A stretch of DNA of 64,000 nucleotides from an uncultured virus (IMG/VR IMGVR_UViG_3300044701_002219). Its lineage: Duplodnaviria > Heunggongvirae > Uroviricota > Caudoviricetes. The notes below the pieces were generated by a model. It was not told the DNA's origin. It did not search any database and saw only the letters and a program-made list of their open reading frames with translations. Shown here one piece after another: positions 7,662-17,566 of the stretch. The stretch is from IMG/VR virus record IMGVR_UViG_3300044701_002219; one strand, 5' to 3'. Each line of letters starts with the position of its first letter. Positions within the stretch are counted from its first letter, which is position 1. The translations under genes were made by a program, and so were the position numbers.

Positions 7662-8219
7662 ATGAGTATCAGCACAGTGCAAAGAACAGAAGAAAAGAAA
7701 GAACGCGAGAGACTTATGAAACTATTTCATAAGCCTACTTTCGATGCTCTTGGTCTTAGTGAGAAAGACTATGAGTTTATCCCTAAACTTGCGTACAAGC
7801 CAAAAGAAATCGAAGCTACAGAACCGCACATCGGTTTGTTTGCTAGCGAAATCAGTAAAGGAAAAGATATCTATATCGAGTTTGCCGATAGAGATGGTAT
7901 TCCACAGGATGCGGAGAGAAGGCTATATAAGTGGCGCTTTAATCCTAACTTCCGTGAGGAGTATGTCTGTATAGACAACACGACTAGTATCAGATATTTT
8001 ATTCCTACATCAGAGTTGGTTCTTATTAAGACAAACTCTCCTGAGGTTCTAGTAGAACAATCTGAGAAGCCTAAGAAAGCTGTTGATTTATTTACTCTAT
8101 CTAGTGATGATGTATCCTTAAACGATGCAACGATCAGAGATCTTGCAGCAGTACTATGGAAACAGCCAGTAAGTAATAAAGAATGGCTTAATGATTTAAT
8201 CAAAATAAATAAGATATGA
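7662..8219 (+). CDS. Hypothetical protein in the replication module
   Basis: 185-aa ORF tightly packed between the helicase and the ATPase. Confidence 0.75.
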   Translation: MSISTVQRTEEKKERERLMKLFHKPTFDALGLSEKDYEFIPKLAYKPKEIEATEPHIGLFASEISKGKDIYIEFADRDGIPQDAERRLYKWRFNPNFREEYVCIDNTTSIRYFIPTSELVLIKTNSPEVLVEQSEKPKKAVDLFTLSSDDVSLNDATIRDLAAVLWKQPVSNKEWLNDLIKINKI

Positions 8220-8974
8220 GCGAAGAAAGTAAACCTAAGATCATCCTACCAAAGGCCAAGGTTTCCGCAGAGAACAAAAGCCCAAAGAACATGATTATCT
8301 TTTCCAAGCCTAAGGTTGGTAAGACAAGCATGTTTGCACAACTAGATAACTGTTTAATAATAGATCTAGAAGATGGTAGCGATTACGTAGAAGCTATGAA
8401 GATTAAAGCTAAATCTGTAAAGGATATTGTAGATATAGCAAATGCTATTGTAGCTGAGGGTAAACCTTACAAGTACATAGCTATAGATACGATAACAGCT
8501 TTAGAAGAAATGTGTGTTCCATATGCAGAGAAGATTTATTCTGAGACTTCTATGGGGAAACATTGGTTTACAAAGCTCAAGCCGGAGTATGGAACGATCT
8601 TGAATCTTCCTAACGGCGCAGGTTATCCCTATCTTCGCGAAGCTTTTACCAGGATAATAGAGATGCTAAAAACGTGCGCACCAAGAATCATTCTAATAGG
8701 ACACATTAAAGATGTGATGTTAGAGAAAGCTGGAGCAGACTTTAATAGCATGGATCTAGATCTAACTGGTAAGCTGAAGAGAATAACTACTTCGCAGTCA
8801 GATGCTATTGGTTATTTGTATCGTAAGGGTAACCAAAATATCTTAAGCTTTAAAACTAACGATCAGGTTTCATGTGGTGCTAGACCAGACCATCTTAAGA
8901 ATCAGGAGATAGTTATCTCTGAGATGACAGATGACGGACTAGTAACCTACTGGGATAGGATTTATATTGATTAA
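8216..8974 (+). CDS. AAA_24/Sak4-like P-loop ATPase (recombination)
   Basis: SKPKVGKT Walker A variant, IIDLEDG, IAIDTIT, LIGH, DAIGY. Confidence 0.8.
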   Translation: MSEESKPKIILPKAKVSAENKSPKNMIIFSKPKVGKTSMFAQLDNCLIIDLEDGSDYVEAMKIKAKSVKDIVDIANAIVAEGKPYKYIAIDTITALEEMCVPYAEKIYSETSMGKHWFTKLKPEYGTILNLPNGAGYPYLREAFTRIIEMLKTCAPRIILIGHIKDVMLEKAGADFNSMDLDLTGKLKRITTSQSDAIGYLYRKGNQNILSFKTNDQVSCGARPDHLKNQEIVISEMTDDGLVTYWDRIYID

Positions 8975-8993
8975 TCATTAAAAGTAAAACAAA

Positions 8994-9686
8994 ATGTTAA
9001 ACACAAAAGACATCAAAACAGATGGAGGCTCGAACGTACCGAAGACTCTACAGCCTGGTAATCATACGGTTACCATCTACAAAGTAACACTAGAAGAATT
9101 TAAGTTTAAACCAGGAGGTCTGCATGTGCTATTACATGTGCAAGGTCCTGATATGGGAGAAGACTTTGAAGGTTTCTGGATAGATAAGAACAACGAGTCT
9201 CTAGGTAGATTCAGAGGTCAGGTTGGTAGAGTAAAGGCTAGTGAGTGGGCTTTCGCAGATGGTACTACCAAGACAGGTATACAGGTAAGCAGAGATAATG
9301 ATATGCTTAAATTCTTAAAGAATCTATGCGTAGAAATTGGTGCTCTCAAATGGTTGGAAGATCAAGATGGAAAGCATGCGACTATCGAGTCCTTGTTCGA
9401 AGCCTTTGATAATGATAAGCCTTTTGCAAATGTAGAACTAAACGCATGTCTAGCTGGTAAAGAGTATCTTAACAAAGAAGGATATACTAACTATGATATG
9501 TTCTTCCCTAAGCCTAACAAGCAGACAGGTGTACCATTCGAAGGAACAAACAAAAAGATAAGCAAAGTAATTACCTTTAACGATAAGGAACATATCCGTA
9601 AGAAAGCTGTAGAAGAAGTTAGTAGCTTCGGAGCAGACTCTACTGAAGGAGGAGCTCCTATTGTAAATAGTGATTTTAAGCTTTAA
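8994..9686 (+). CDS. Putative single-stranded DNA-binding protein
   Basis: Position between the Sak4-like ATPase and primase; beta-rich core; flexible tail ending DFKL. Function inferred from synteny. Confidence 0.5.
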   Translation: MLNTKDIKTDGGSNVPKTLQPGNHTVTIYKVTLEEFKFKPGGLHVLLHVQGPDMGEDFEGFWIDKNNESLGRFRGQVGRVKASEWAFADGTTKTGIQVSRDNDMLKFLKNLCVEIGALKWLEDQDGKHATIESLFEAFDNDKPFANVELNACLAGKEYLNKEGYTNYDMFFPKPNKQTGVPFEGTNKKISKVITFNDKEHIRKKAVEEVSSFGADSTEGGAPIVNSDFKL

Positions 9687-9702
9687 GTCTAACCCAATAA
9701 AC

Positions 9703-9733
9703 AAAGGGGTAGGCTAAGGCTTACCCCTTTTTT
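9703..9733 (+). terminator. Intrinsic terminator
   Basis: AAAGGGGTAGGC-TAAG-GCTTACCCCTTT followed by a T-rich tail. Confidence 0.8.
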
Positions 9734-9738
9734 ATTTT

Positions 9739-10752
9739 ATGATAAGAACAAAATCGTTAATCTCCGATCTAAAGGAGATACCAGCAGAATGGGCATTTGA
9801 GTATTATCTAAAGTTAAAAGAAAAGCTAACAGGACAAAACGTAAGGATAACATCCGTGTTTAATCCAGGTGAGAAGAATCCATCTATGTATGTATACTAT
9901 GATGAGAAAGCTTCTAAGTATAAGTTTAAAGATTTTTCTGTGCAAGATAAATCTGGCGACGCTATACATCTTGTTATGCTAATATTTGACTTAGATAGCA
10001 GAGGCAAAGGCGCACAGAAAATAATAGAAGATTATAATCAATGGAACCTAACAAACAAAGGAGACTATGATATTAGAGAGTTTAAAGTACGTGCCCGTTA
10101 TAAGGTAACAGAATTTAAGACTCGAGCATGGAATACTTTGGATAAGAACTATTGGACTAAGTATGGCATTACTTCTAAGATACTAGACTTTTATAATGTG
10201 GTAGCTCTTGAGTCTTATAAGATGAGTAAGGAAGAAGATGGAGAACTCAAAGAACTAGTTATAACAGGACAGTTTATCTATGGTTATTTTAGAAACGACG
10301 GAACACTATTTAAGATTTACCAACCTAAAGTAAAGGACAGAAAGTTTATAAAGATAAAAGATTATATCCAGGGATCGGATCAGCTTAGCTATAAAGAAGA
10401 TTACCTAGTTATATGCAGCTCTTTAAAAGATATGATGTCTCTAAAACGAATGGGTATTACGAATCTAGAATCAGTAGCTCCGGATAGTGAGAATACTATA
10501 ATCAGTAAACCAGTAATAGACGCCTACAAATTTAAGTATAAGAAGATCATTACCCTGATGGATAATGATGGAGCCGGCATAGACTCTATGAAAAAGTATG
10601 AGGAGTTATATAATATTCCTTATGTACATCTAGAGTTAGATAAAGATTTGTCCGACTCTATCGCATCAAGAGGACTAGACAAAGTAAGAGAAACATTAAT
10701 CCCGTTATTAAAACAAGCAGTAAATGTACAAAGTACCACACAAAATCCTTAA
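9739..10752 (+). CDS. dnaG: DNA primase (crAss-type TOPRIM)
   Basis: Degenerate N-terminal ZBD-like segment (SVFNPGEKNPS...FKDFS...GD), KIYQP, SSLKDMM, MDNDGAG, KDLSD. Confidence 0.85.
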   Translation: MIRTKSLISDLKEIPAEWAFEYYLKLKEKLTGQNVRITSVFNPGEKNPSMYVYYDEKASKYKFKDFSVQDKSGDAIHLVMLIFDLDSRGKGAQKIIEDYNQWNLTNKGDYDIREFKVRARYKVTEFKTRAWNTLDKNYWTKYGITSKILDFYNVVALESYKMSKEEDGELKELVITGQFIYGYFRNDGTLFKIYQPKVKDRKFIKIKDYIQGSDQLSYKEDYLVICSSLKDMMSLKRMGITNLESVAPDSENTIISKPVIDAYKFKYKKIITLMDNDGAGIDSMKKYEELYNIPYVHLELDKDLSDSIASRGLDKVRETLIPLLKQAVNVQSTTQNP

Positions 10753-10906
10753 GGCTATTAAGGATAACATCAGCTCTTCCAAGATATTGATAGAGCTCTT
10801 ATCTAAAGGATCTAAGGTAGATCCTAAACAGATAAAATCAACAATCAAGAAACTAGAAAAAGATTTGAAAATTCTTAACCAATACGATATAGATGGAGGA
10901 ATTTGA
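10724..10906 (+). CDS. Small basic hypothetical protein
   Basis: 60-aa ORF overlapping the primase end. Confidence 0.45.
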   Translation: MYKVPHKILKAIKDNISSSKILIELLSKGSKVDPKQIKSTIKKLEKDLKILNQYDIDGGI

Positions 10907-11018
10907 AAAGTGGTTATATAGTTTGCCATTGCAGACACTAACCGACGAATTAAAAGAAGATATAATAGTAGCTGTGCACAACATGCTAGACCAAATAAAA
11001 ATAAAAGAAAATGAGTAA
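10893..11018 (+). CDS. 41-aa hypothetical protein (not in ORF track)
   Basis: MEEFEKWLYSLPLQTLTDELKEDIIVAVHNMLDQIKIKENE*. It bridges the gap and overlaps the ruvC start. Confidence 0.55.
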   Translation: MEEFEKWLYSLPLQTLTDELKEDIIVAVHNMLDQIKIKENE

Positions 11019-11517
11019 GATCTATGTAGGCATAGACATCGGTAAGTCCGGTGCTATAGCTGTTCTATCTGGCAACAGTATTGTTACCTATGAGATGCCT
11101 AAGATAGCTAATGAGTTAGACTACCACACTTTAAATAAATTACTAAGACAGTTCTGCAGTAATGCTGAGAAACCTTATGTAGTATTTGAAAAGCTAGGAG
11201 TAATCTTTGGCTCAGGTAAATCTACAGCATTTTCTATGGGTCATCAATCTGGTGCCGTAGAAATGTCTTGTGTAGCCAACGATATCCCTTACACAAAAGT
11301 AAGAGCTGTAGATTGGCAGAAGCAGATGTTTCAAGGAGTACAGGAGATAACTAAAACAGGATCTTCCAAGAAAGATACCAAGGCTATGGCACTGGTAGCT
11401 ATCAAAAGAATCTTTCCTGATCTTAAGCTAACTTTTGGAACAAGAGCAACCAAGGCTCACGATGGATTAGTAGATGCAGTATTAATGGCGGAATACGCCA
11501 GAAGAAATAATTTATGA
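11011..11517 (+). CDS. ruvC: RuvC-like Holliday junction resolvase
   Basis: VGIDIGKSGAIA, VVFEK, WQK, DGLVDAVLMA. Confidence 0.85.
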   Translation: MSKIYVGIDIGKSGAIAVLSGNSIVTYEMPKIANELDYHTLNKLLRQFCSNAEKPYVVFEKLGVIFGSGKSTAFSMGHQSGAVEMSCVANDIPYTKVRAVDWQKQMFQGVQEITKTGSSKKDTKAMALVAIKRIFPDLKLTFGTRATKAHDGLVDAVLMAEYARRNNL

Positions 11518-11957
11518 GAAAAGATACTTTAACATTAGGTCAAACCTTTATCCTATATGATATGGGAGTAAGAAAGATTGAGGTAAGATATAGCGGAGGT
11601 GGAGACAGCGGCGCTATTGATGAGGTGATCTTTCTTAACGAAGAAGAGGATGATATAACAGAGTTTGTAAAAGATAAATTAGATGCATTAGATGTAGAGC
11701 TTTCTGTAGACTGTATAGAGAACGTAGCATATGCTCAGATCCTAAACCATCACATCAGTGATTGGTATAACAACGGAGGAGGAGCAGGGAATCTATACAT
11801 AGAAATCCCTAGCTTAAAAGCTTATGGAACTACAGAGTACTATGAAGAGTCGGAAGGAGTATACGATGAAGAAACAAACTCATGGGAATATCCTGATGAT
11901 GACGAAAGAAATCGCTGGGAAGAAGACTTCGAAGAGAATCTAGAAACAAACTTTTAA
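11514..11957 (+). CDS. Acidic hypothetical protein (DUF6878-like)
   Basis: YSGGGDSGAIDEV and DWYNNGGGAG motifs; usually adjacent to the next family. Recalled from memory. Confidence 0.6.
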   Translation: MRKDTLTLGQTFILYDMGVRKIEVRYSGGGDSGAIDEVIFLNEEEDDITEFVKDKLDALDVELSVDCIENVAYAQILNHHISDWYNNGGGAGNLYIEIPSLKAYGTTEYYEESEGVYDEETNSWEYPDDDERNRWEEDFEENLETNF

Positions 11958-12298
11958 TGGCACATCCTTGGCAACATGCTAAATCTAGTGCTAAGAAATT
12001 CGGCGGTATACCCGACGACTATTTACATATACACACATGGTTTGACGAGACTAAAGCCTGGGTAGGTCATAGTGTTCACAGAATGTTTAGACATCACTCA
12101 GAAGGTATCTTCGAGTGTGAAAAGATATTTGGCGAATTCTTTACTAACTCAGATGGTAAGACTGTCTATACCAGATATGTAGGGGAACAGCACGTAAGAG
12201 AAGACTGCAATGGACATATTCCTTGCGCAAAAGAATGGATTGATAATTTTAAAGAACCAAAAGAATGGATGATCAAAGTACAAAAACTGGAGGATTAG
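11957..12298 (+). CDS. His-rich hypothetical protein (DUF6915-like)
   Basis: MAHPWQHAKSSAKKFGG...IHTWFDETK...HRMFRHHSEGIF...EQHVRED. Confidence 0.7.
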   Translation: MAHPWQHAKSSAKKFGGIPDDYLHIHTWFDETKAWVGHSVHRMFRHHSEGIFECEKIFGEFFTNSDGKTVYTRYVGEQHVREDCNGHIPCAKEWIDNFKEPKEWMIKVQKLED

Positions 12299-12717
12299 TA
12301 TCAGAAGATATTAATTATAATAACCTGCTAAACATGCTTAACTCTTCAGACAGAGAGAATGCTGTAGTAGCACTTACCTGCATAGAGAACATAGACTTTA
12401 AACTGTTTATGCTTAAGATAATGCTTTTATATAAAGAATCAAAAGTCGAGCTAGGTATGTGGAAAGAACATGCTCCCAAGGCTCATGCTAAATTGATGAA
12501 GGCTATCTATTCAACTAAACATGCGCAGACACAACCTCATGACTATGTAACATTTGATGAAATAGTAAGAGCTTGTGCTAAAGAAACTATCTCAGAAGAA
12601 GATACTCAGTTATTAGTATCTGTTATATGCAAGAAGATGCAAGATTCTTTTGAGGCATACGGTTTATCTTGTATAGAAAGCTTAGATGTAAAAATAAACT
12701 TTAAACCAAATGATTAA
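12265..12717 (+). CDS. Hypothetical helical protein
   Basis: 150-aa ORF; shares the MxxSxDxxNxxxA motif with 15443..16549. Confidence 0.7.
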   Translation: MDDQSTKTGGLVSEDINYNNLLNMLNSSDRENAVVALTCIENIDFKLFMLKIMLLYKESKVELGMWKEHAPKAHAKLMKAIYSTKHAQTQPHDYVTFDEIVRACAKETISEEDTQLLVSVICKKMQDSFEAYGLSCIESLDVKINFKPND

Positions 12718-13927
12718 TAAGAAAGATCAACTAGCGAAAGCTTGTAAAGATCTTATGCTTAAAGAACCTTTCTATGGTTTGTTCTTAATTATGCTTAATA
12801 AAGAATGGACTAAGACAAGAGTTCCTACAGCCGGCGTATGGTTATCAGGTATAAACTATAACCTTACAATCAATGAAGACTTCTGGGCCCAACTCCCAGA
12901 AGCTCATCGTACTGGTCTGTTGAAGCATGAGTTACTGCACATAGCTTTCTTCCATCTAACAGGATTCTCTCATCTAGGAGATAAGAGACTAGCTAATATC
13001 GCTATGGATTTAGAAATAAATCAGTATATAGATAGGGCTACTCTTCCGGAAGATGGGATGTTCTTAGAACTGTTCCCTGAACTAAATCTAGAACCTAAGA
13101 AAGGTACTCAGTATTATTATGATAAGCTAACAGAAGCCGCAAAGAAAGGTAGCTGTAGCAATCTAAATAAGATACTAGAAGCAGATAAGAATGGTCAGGT
13201 TGCAGTAAAAGTAACTATAAACGATAAGGGAGAAATAGAAGTAAAGCTTCCTGATCACGGTACTTGGGAAGACTCTGGTGCAGAACCTAACGAAGCACAG
13301 AAGAAGCTGATGGAAAATCAGCTGAAGCATATCCTTAATGAAATTAAAGATCAGGTAGAGAAAAGCCGTGGTACAGTACCTGGAGAAATGGTAGCTATCA
13401 TACAAAAGATAAATCATCAAGAGCCTCCGAAATTTGACTGGCGAGGATATCTAAGAAGATTTGCTGGCGGATCTGTTAAGGTTTATACTAAGAAGACTCG
13501 TAGAAAATACAACAAAAGATATGAAGATAATCCTGGTCTAAAGATCAAGCAGAAGAAACATATCCTAGTTGCTATTGATACATCCGGATCTGTAAGTAAT
13601 GATGAGCTCAAAGAGTTCATGCAAGAGATAAACCATATCCATAAAACAGGTGCAGAAGTAACTATTGCGCATGCAGATACTGCAATCAAGAAGATCCATA
13701 GTTATAACCCTAGGGATAAGTATGAGATTTATGGTCGTGGAGGAACTGATTTTGATCCGGTAATTGAGTATTATAACGCTAATACTCGTAAGTATAGCTG
13801 TCTAATTTATATGACAGATGGTGAGGCTCCTGAGCCTGTGAAACCAAAAGGTAGAGTACTCTGGACTCTATCGTCCACTTCGAATAAGTGTGATCATTTA
13901 CCAGGTGTAACTATAAAACTAAATTAA
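12710..13927 (+). CDS. HExxH metallopeptidase-like + vWA domain protein (DUF2201 type)
   Basis: LKHELLH, NIAMDLEINQ; MIDAS DTSGS, GRGGTDF, YMTDG. Confidence 0.88.
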   Translation: MINKKDQLAKACKDLMLKEPFYGLFLIMLNKEWTKTRVPTAGVWLSGINYNLTINEDFWAQLPEAHRTGLLKHELLHIAFFHLTGFSHLGDKRLANIAMDLEINQYIDRATLPEDGMFLELFPELNLEPKKGTQYYYDKLTEAAKKGSCSNLNKILEADKNGQVAVKVTINDKGEIEVKLPDHGTWEDSGAEPNEAQKKLMENQLKHILNEIKDQVEKSRGTVPGEMVAIIQKINHQEPPKFDWRGYLRRFAGGSVKVYTKKTRRKYNKRYEDNPGLKIKQKKHILVAIDTSGSVSNDELKEFMQEINHIHKTGAEVTIAHADTAIKKIHSYNPRDKYEIYGRGGTDFDPVIEYYNANTRKYSCLIYMTDGEAPEPVKPKGRVLWTLSSTSNKCDHLPGVTIKLN

Positions 13928-13928
13928 A

Positions 13929-15398
13929 ATGAGTAATCAAGTAAATCTAAACATCGACGAGCTTAAAGATTTCGTTAAGCATATTGTAAACAACAATCGA
14001 TATCTACAAGCACGGGGTAAGAATCCTGTATCTATAGAAGTGATTGGTGAATCGGGTATTGGTAAGACAAGTTCTATCTTACAACTAGGTGATGAGCTAG
14101 GTTTAAACATAGTAAAGTTAAACTTAGCACAGATCGAAGAGCTAGGTGACTTAGTAGGTTTTCCTGTTAGACAGTTCCAGCTATGTAAAAACTCTGGCGC
14201 CGGAAGTAAGACCTCTCTTGTTCAAGAGTATGAAGAAAGACTAGTAAAGACCACCGTACCTAGAGAAGTGGTAAATAAAGTGATCAAGCAGGTAGAAGAA
14301 TTCGAGACCAAAGTAACTAAGAAACAAGTATTTAAGGATGGTAAGTTTGTTACTGAAGAAGTAGAAACTAAGATTCCAAAGATGGTTGAGAAGGAAGTGG
14401 AAGAGATAACTATCGTAATGGAAGAGATAGAAACTATCGAGCAAGTTCCTGTTGTAAAACAAGTAGTTACTCAAGACGATAGCGGATACGAATGTTTGTG
14501 GGTAGATGAGCAAGCTGTTGAAGAATATATCAAACGCGGCTATGAGTTTACTGGTAACAAGCAGATGGCTTATTGTCCGCCGCAGTGGATTGCAGACAAG
14601 CAAGGCGGTGGTATCCTAATCCTTGACGACTGGAATCGTGCAGACATCAGGTTCATCCAAGCTGTGATGGAATTGGTTGACAGACAAGAGTATATCTCAT
14701 GGAAGCTACCAAAGGACTGGCACATTATCTTAACTGCAAATCCTGATAACGGAGACTATCTTGTAAACTCTATCGACACAGCTCAGCGTACCAGGTTCAT
14801 CAGCGTGAATCTAAAGTATGATGTAGATGTGTGGGCTAAGTGGGCAGAGAAAACAGAGATAGATAATCGTTGTATCAACTTTATGTTGATGCATCCGGAG
14901 CTAGTAACTAGCAATGTAAATGCTAGGTCTATTACTAATTTCTTTAACAGTATTAGTTCTATAGAAAGCTTTGAGGATAATCTTCCTCTTATACAGATGA
15001 TTGGCGAAGGTTCTGTAGGGACAGAATTCTCTAGTCTATTTACTATGTTTATCAACAACAAACTAGATAAGATGCTATCTCCAAAAGATATCGTTCACCA
15101 CGATAACGAAGCATATATCATTGGTGAGTTGAGAAACATTATTGGTAGAGATGATGCGTATCGCGCAGACATCGCTAGTATTCTTACAACAAGGATTGTA
15201 AACTATAGTCTCTATTATGCAGAATCTAATCCTGTAAATAAGAAGACTATAGATAGATTAATTCGTTTGGCGACAGATGAAGAAACCTTCACAAACGATC
15301 TTAAATATCACATGGTAAAGGGTATTCTAAATGGTAACAAGCAAAAGTTCCAGAAGATGCTTACTAATCCAGAGGTGATAAAGATGGCTTCTAAGTAA
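13929..15398 (+). CDS. MoxR-like AAA+ ATPase with a ~100-aa insertion
   Basis: GESGIGKT, ELGDLVGFP, ILILDDWNRA, TANP, RTRF; adjacent to the vWA gene. Confidence 0.88.
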   Translation: MSNQVNLNIDELKDFVKHIVNNNRYLQARGKNPVSIEVIGESGIGKTSSILQLGDELGLNIVKLNLAQIEELGDLVGFPVRQFQLCKNSGAGSKTSLVQEYEERLVKTTVPREVVNKVIKQVEEFETKVTKKQVFKDGKFVTEEVETKIPKMVEKEVEEITIVMEEIETIEQVPVVKQVVTQDDSGYECLWVDEQAVEEYIKRGYEFTGNKQMAYCPPQWIADKQGGGILILDDWNRADIRFIQAVMELVDRQEYISWKLPKDWHIILTANPDNGDYLVNSIDTAQRTRFISVNLKYDVDVWAKWAEKTEIDNRCINFMLMHPELVTSNVNARSITNFFNSISSIESFEDNLPLIQMIGEGSVGTEFSSLFTMFINNKLDKMLSPKDIVHHDNEAYIIGELRNIIGRDDAYRADIASILTTRIVNYSLYYAESNPVNKKTIDRLIRLATDEETFTNDLKYHMVKGILNGNKQKFQKMLTNPEVIKMASK

Positions 15399-15404
15399 TA
15401 ACAA

Positions 15405-15428
15405 GAGGGCTCTGGAAACAGAGTCCTC
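15405..15428 (+). promoter_or_regulatory. Intergenic stem-loop (GAAA tetraloop); weak terminator or RNA stability element
   Basis: GAGGGCTCTG-GAAA-CAGAGTCCTC, without a direct U-run. Confidence 0.55.
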
Positions 15429-15442
15429 ATAATTTTAAAAAC

Positions 15443-16549
15443 ATGATAAAAGAAATTTTTAAGAAACAAATTGTAGTCACAGAGATTGCTGATGATACTT
15501 TTGACTTTGAGGTAAGGATGGTTGCAAAGCAGGAGCAACTAAAAGATGGAGCTCTGAGTTCGTTGTTCTCTTCTGAGGATAATTCTTATCAGTTTACTGG
15601 TAACGAAAAACTATTCTTTATGCCGGGTTGTACTGTTCCAAGGTTTAAGATTAAGCAGATGAATGAGAACGAAGGAAAAGGTATATGCACTGTGAAATCT
15701 GCAACAAAAGCTGACGTAATAATTTACGGATCTGAAACGTCTAAGAGTATCATAGGTAATGTGTATGATTATTACACAGCGCCTATGTCAGAACTAGAGA
15801 CTTACCTTGAACAAAACTATGAAATAGGAAACTCTTTAGTTCTAAAGATTAGGAACTATATAGAACAAAACAGAGAAGAACTTTCGGAAGACTTTGTTAT
15901 AGGAGGATACAGTCTTAGAAATCATATGTATAGTCCTCATAGAACCTATGCTATAGATAATATTACTAGCAAAAGATTCTGGGCATCAGATGAAAAGAAG
16001 CTAAACGATCTAGAAGATATGTTAGCTTTAAACAAACCAGTAGTAAGTCAGGACGAGCTTATTCCTTTTCTAAACTCTGGTGTAGTAATGAACGAAGATA
16101 TGTATAACGAGGTAAGAAAGATGTTTGATTCTAAAGATGCTAACAATCACGTGCTAGCGATGGAGCTTATGTCTAACTGTGATACTAAAAGATCTCTAGT
16201 ATATCTTTTGTTCTTATTTACAGAGTATCATTATGAGATTAATTGTCGTAGCGAACGTAAGCACGTAAACTTTAAATCTTTGATAAGTGCTATAGGATCT
16301 GAGCCTGGTGATTTTCGTGGAGATACAGATAGTGTAATAGAGGAACTTATAAAAAGAAAAGCTATTAGTTCTGAGGAGCTACCTTTTATAATGAAGAAAT
16401 ATGAGGAAGAAGTAATAGATAACATAGGTTCTGATTATATAAAGCACGCTGGTATTAAACCTAACAGTCGTTTACTTGACGCAGTAAAAGAAGCAGACGC
16501 ATTAAAAGCACCTCAAACAGTAGAAGAACATGTCGGATCAGACGAGTAA
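15443..16549 (+). CDS. Hypothetical protein (possible BRCT-like N-terminal fold)
   Basis: 368-aa ORF. The LFFMPGCTVPRFKIK...KADVIIYG pattern is weakly BRCT-like. Confidence 0.7.
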   Translation: MIKEIFKKQIVVTEIADDTFDFEVRMVAKQEQLKDGALSSLFSSEDNSYQFTGNEKLFFMPGCTVPRFKIKQMNENEGKGICTVKSATKADVIIYGSETSKSIIGNVYDYYTAPMSELETYLEQNYEIGNSLVLKIRNYIEQNREELSEDFVIGGYSLRNHMYSPHRTYAIDNITSKRFWASDEKKLNDLEDMLALNKPVVSQDELIPFLNSGVVMNEDMYNEVRKMFDSKDANNHVLAMELMSNCDTKRSLVYLLFLFTEYHYEINCRSERKHVNFKSLISAIGSEPGDFRGDTDSVIEELIKRKAISSEELPFIMKKYEEEVIDNIGSDYIKHAGIKPNSRLLDAVKEADALKAPQTVEEHVGSDE

Positions 16550-17549
16550 CCAATTGCTAGAGACGGAGTTCTTCGGGACTCCGTTCTTCTTTAGCTACAG
16601 TAGTTTAAACAAACTAGTATATTCCCCTAAGCTTTTCTATAGGCACTACGTGCTTAAGCAAAGAGAAGAAGAGATGGGAACGGCCTTGGTAGAGGGCAAA
16701 CTAATACATTGCCTACTACTAGATAAGGATTCTTTTGATAAGAATTTTCTATTATTACCAGGAAACATTCCAAGCGACAACCCAAAAAAGGTGGTATATA
16801 CAGTCTATCAGTATCATAGAAGTGAGCCTGTGGTACCGCAAGACCCTAATCTAGAACACTATAAGACTAAGATCTTAGAAGTTCTTAAGGAAATAAATCT
16901 ATACCAATCACTCAAGACAGACGAGCAGAGACTAGAGAAGATACTCACAGATTCTAATAAGGAATACTTCTCCTTCCTTACAAAACGTGAGGGTAAAACC
17001 ATCGTAGATGTTTCTACTCTAGACTATTGTTTATCTGTTGTAGAGCAACTAGAAAATCACGCAAACATACCATCTCTAATCGGGATAAAGAATTCCGATG
17101 AAAACGTGCAAGTCTTTAACGAGCTGCCGATGCAAATAGATTTGGAAGAGTATCCTTTTGGAATAAAAGGTATCGTCGATAATCTAGTTATAGATGCTAG
17201 CAAGAAAGTTATCCGTATTAATGATCTCAAGACTACATCTAAAACGATTAGCGAGTTTAAGGATACGGTAGATTTCTATAATCTATGGTTGCAAGCAGCT
17301 TTGTATAGAAAGATGGTCATCAAAGAATTTATAGAAAATAATAACCTTGATGCAGATATGTGGAAAGTAAGTTTTACTTTTATCGTTGTTGATAAGTATA
17401 ATCAGATGTATCCTTTCGAGGTGTCTGATGCTACGATGCAACAATGGGAGTATCAAACTAACATAACACTAGAAGCAGCCAAGTGGCATTATGAGAATAG
17501 AAACTTTGATCTACCATTTGAGTTTGCACAAAGCCGAGTGTTTCTTTAA
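16530..17549 (+). CDS. PD-(D/E)xK exonuclease (RecE/ExoVIII-like)
   Basis: FSYSSLN, GKLIHCLLL, KGIVDNL...INDLKTT, QAALY. Confidence 0.85.
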   Translation: MSDQTSNQLLETEFFGTPFFFSYSSLNKLVYSPKLFYRHYVLKQREEEMGTALVEGKLIHCLLLDKDSFDKNFLLLPGNIPSDNPKKVVYTVYQYHRSEPVVPQDPNLEHYKTKILEVLKEINLYQSLKTDEQRLEKILTDSNKEYFSFLTKREGKTIVDVSTLDYCLSVVEQLENHANIPSLIGIKNSDENVQVFNELPMQIDLEEYPFGIKGIVDNLVIDASKKVIRINDLKTTSKTISEFKDTVDFYNLWLQAALYRKMVIKEFIENNNLDADMWKVSFTFIVVDKYNQMYPFEVSDATMQQWEYQTNITLEAAKWHYENRNFDLPFEFAQSRVFL

Positions 17550-17566
17550 TAAAGTAATGATGATCT

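Noticed and set aside
9739..10752. Primase as a pseudogene (no Cys zinc ligands; SSLKD in place of EGxxD)
   Set aside because: The ORF is intact with DxD and KD.SD motifs, and this degenerate pattern is typical of crAss-like primases.
14184..14495. Intein in the MoxR ATPase (the insert begins at a Cys)
   Set aside because: No terminal His-Asn, no block B TxxH and no endonuclease motifs. Composition and symmetry fit a beta-hairpin instead.
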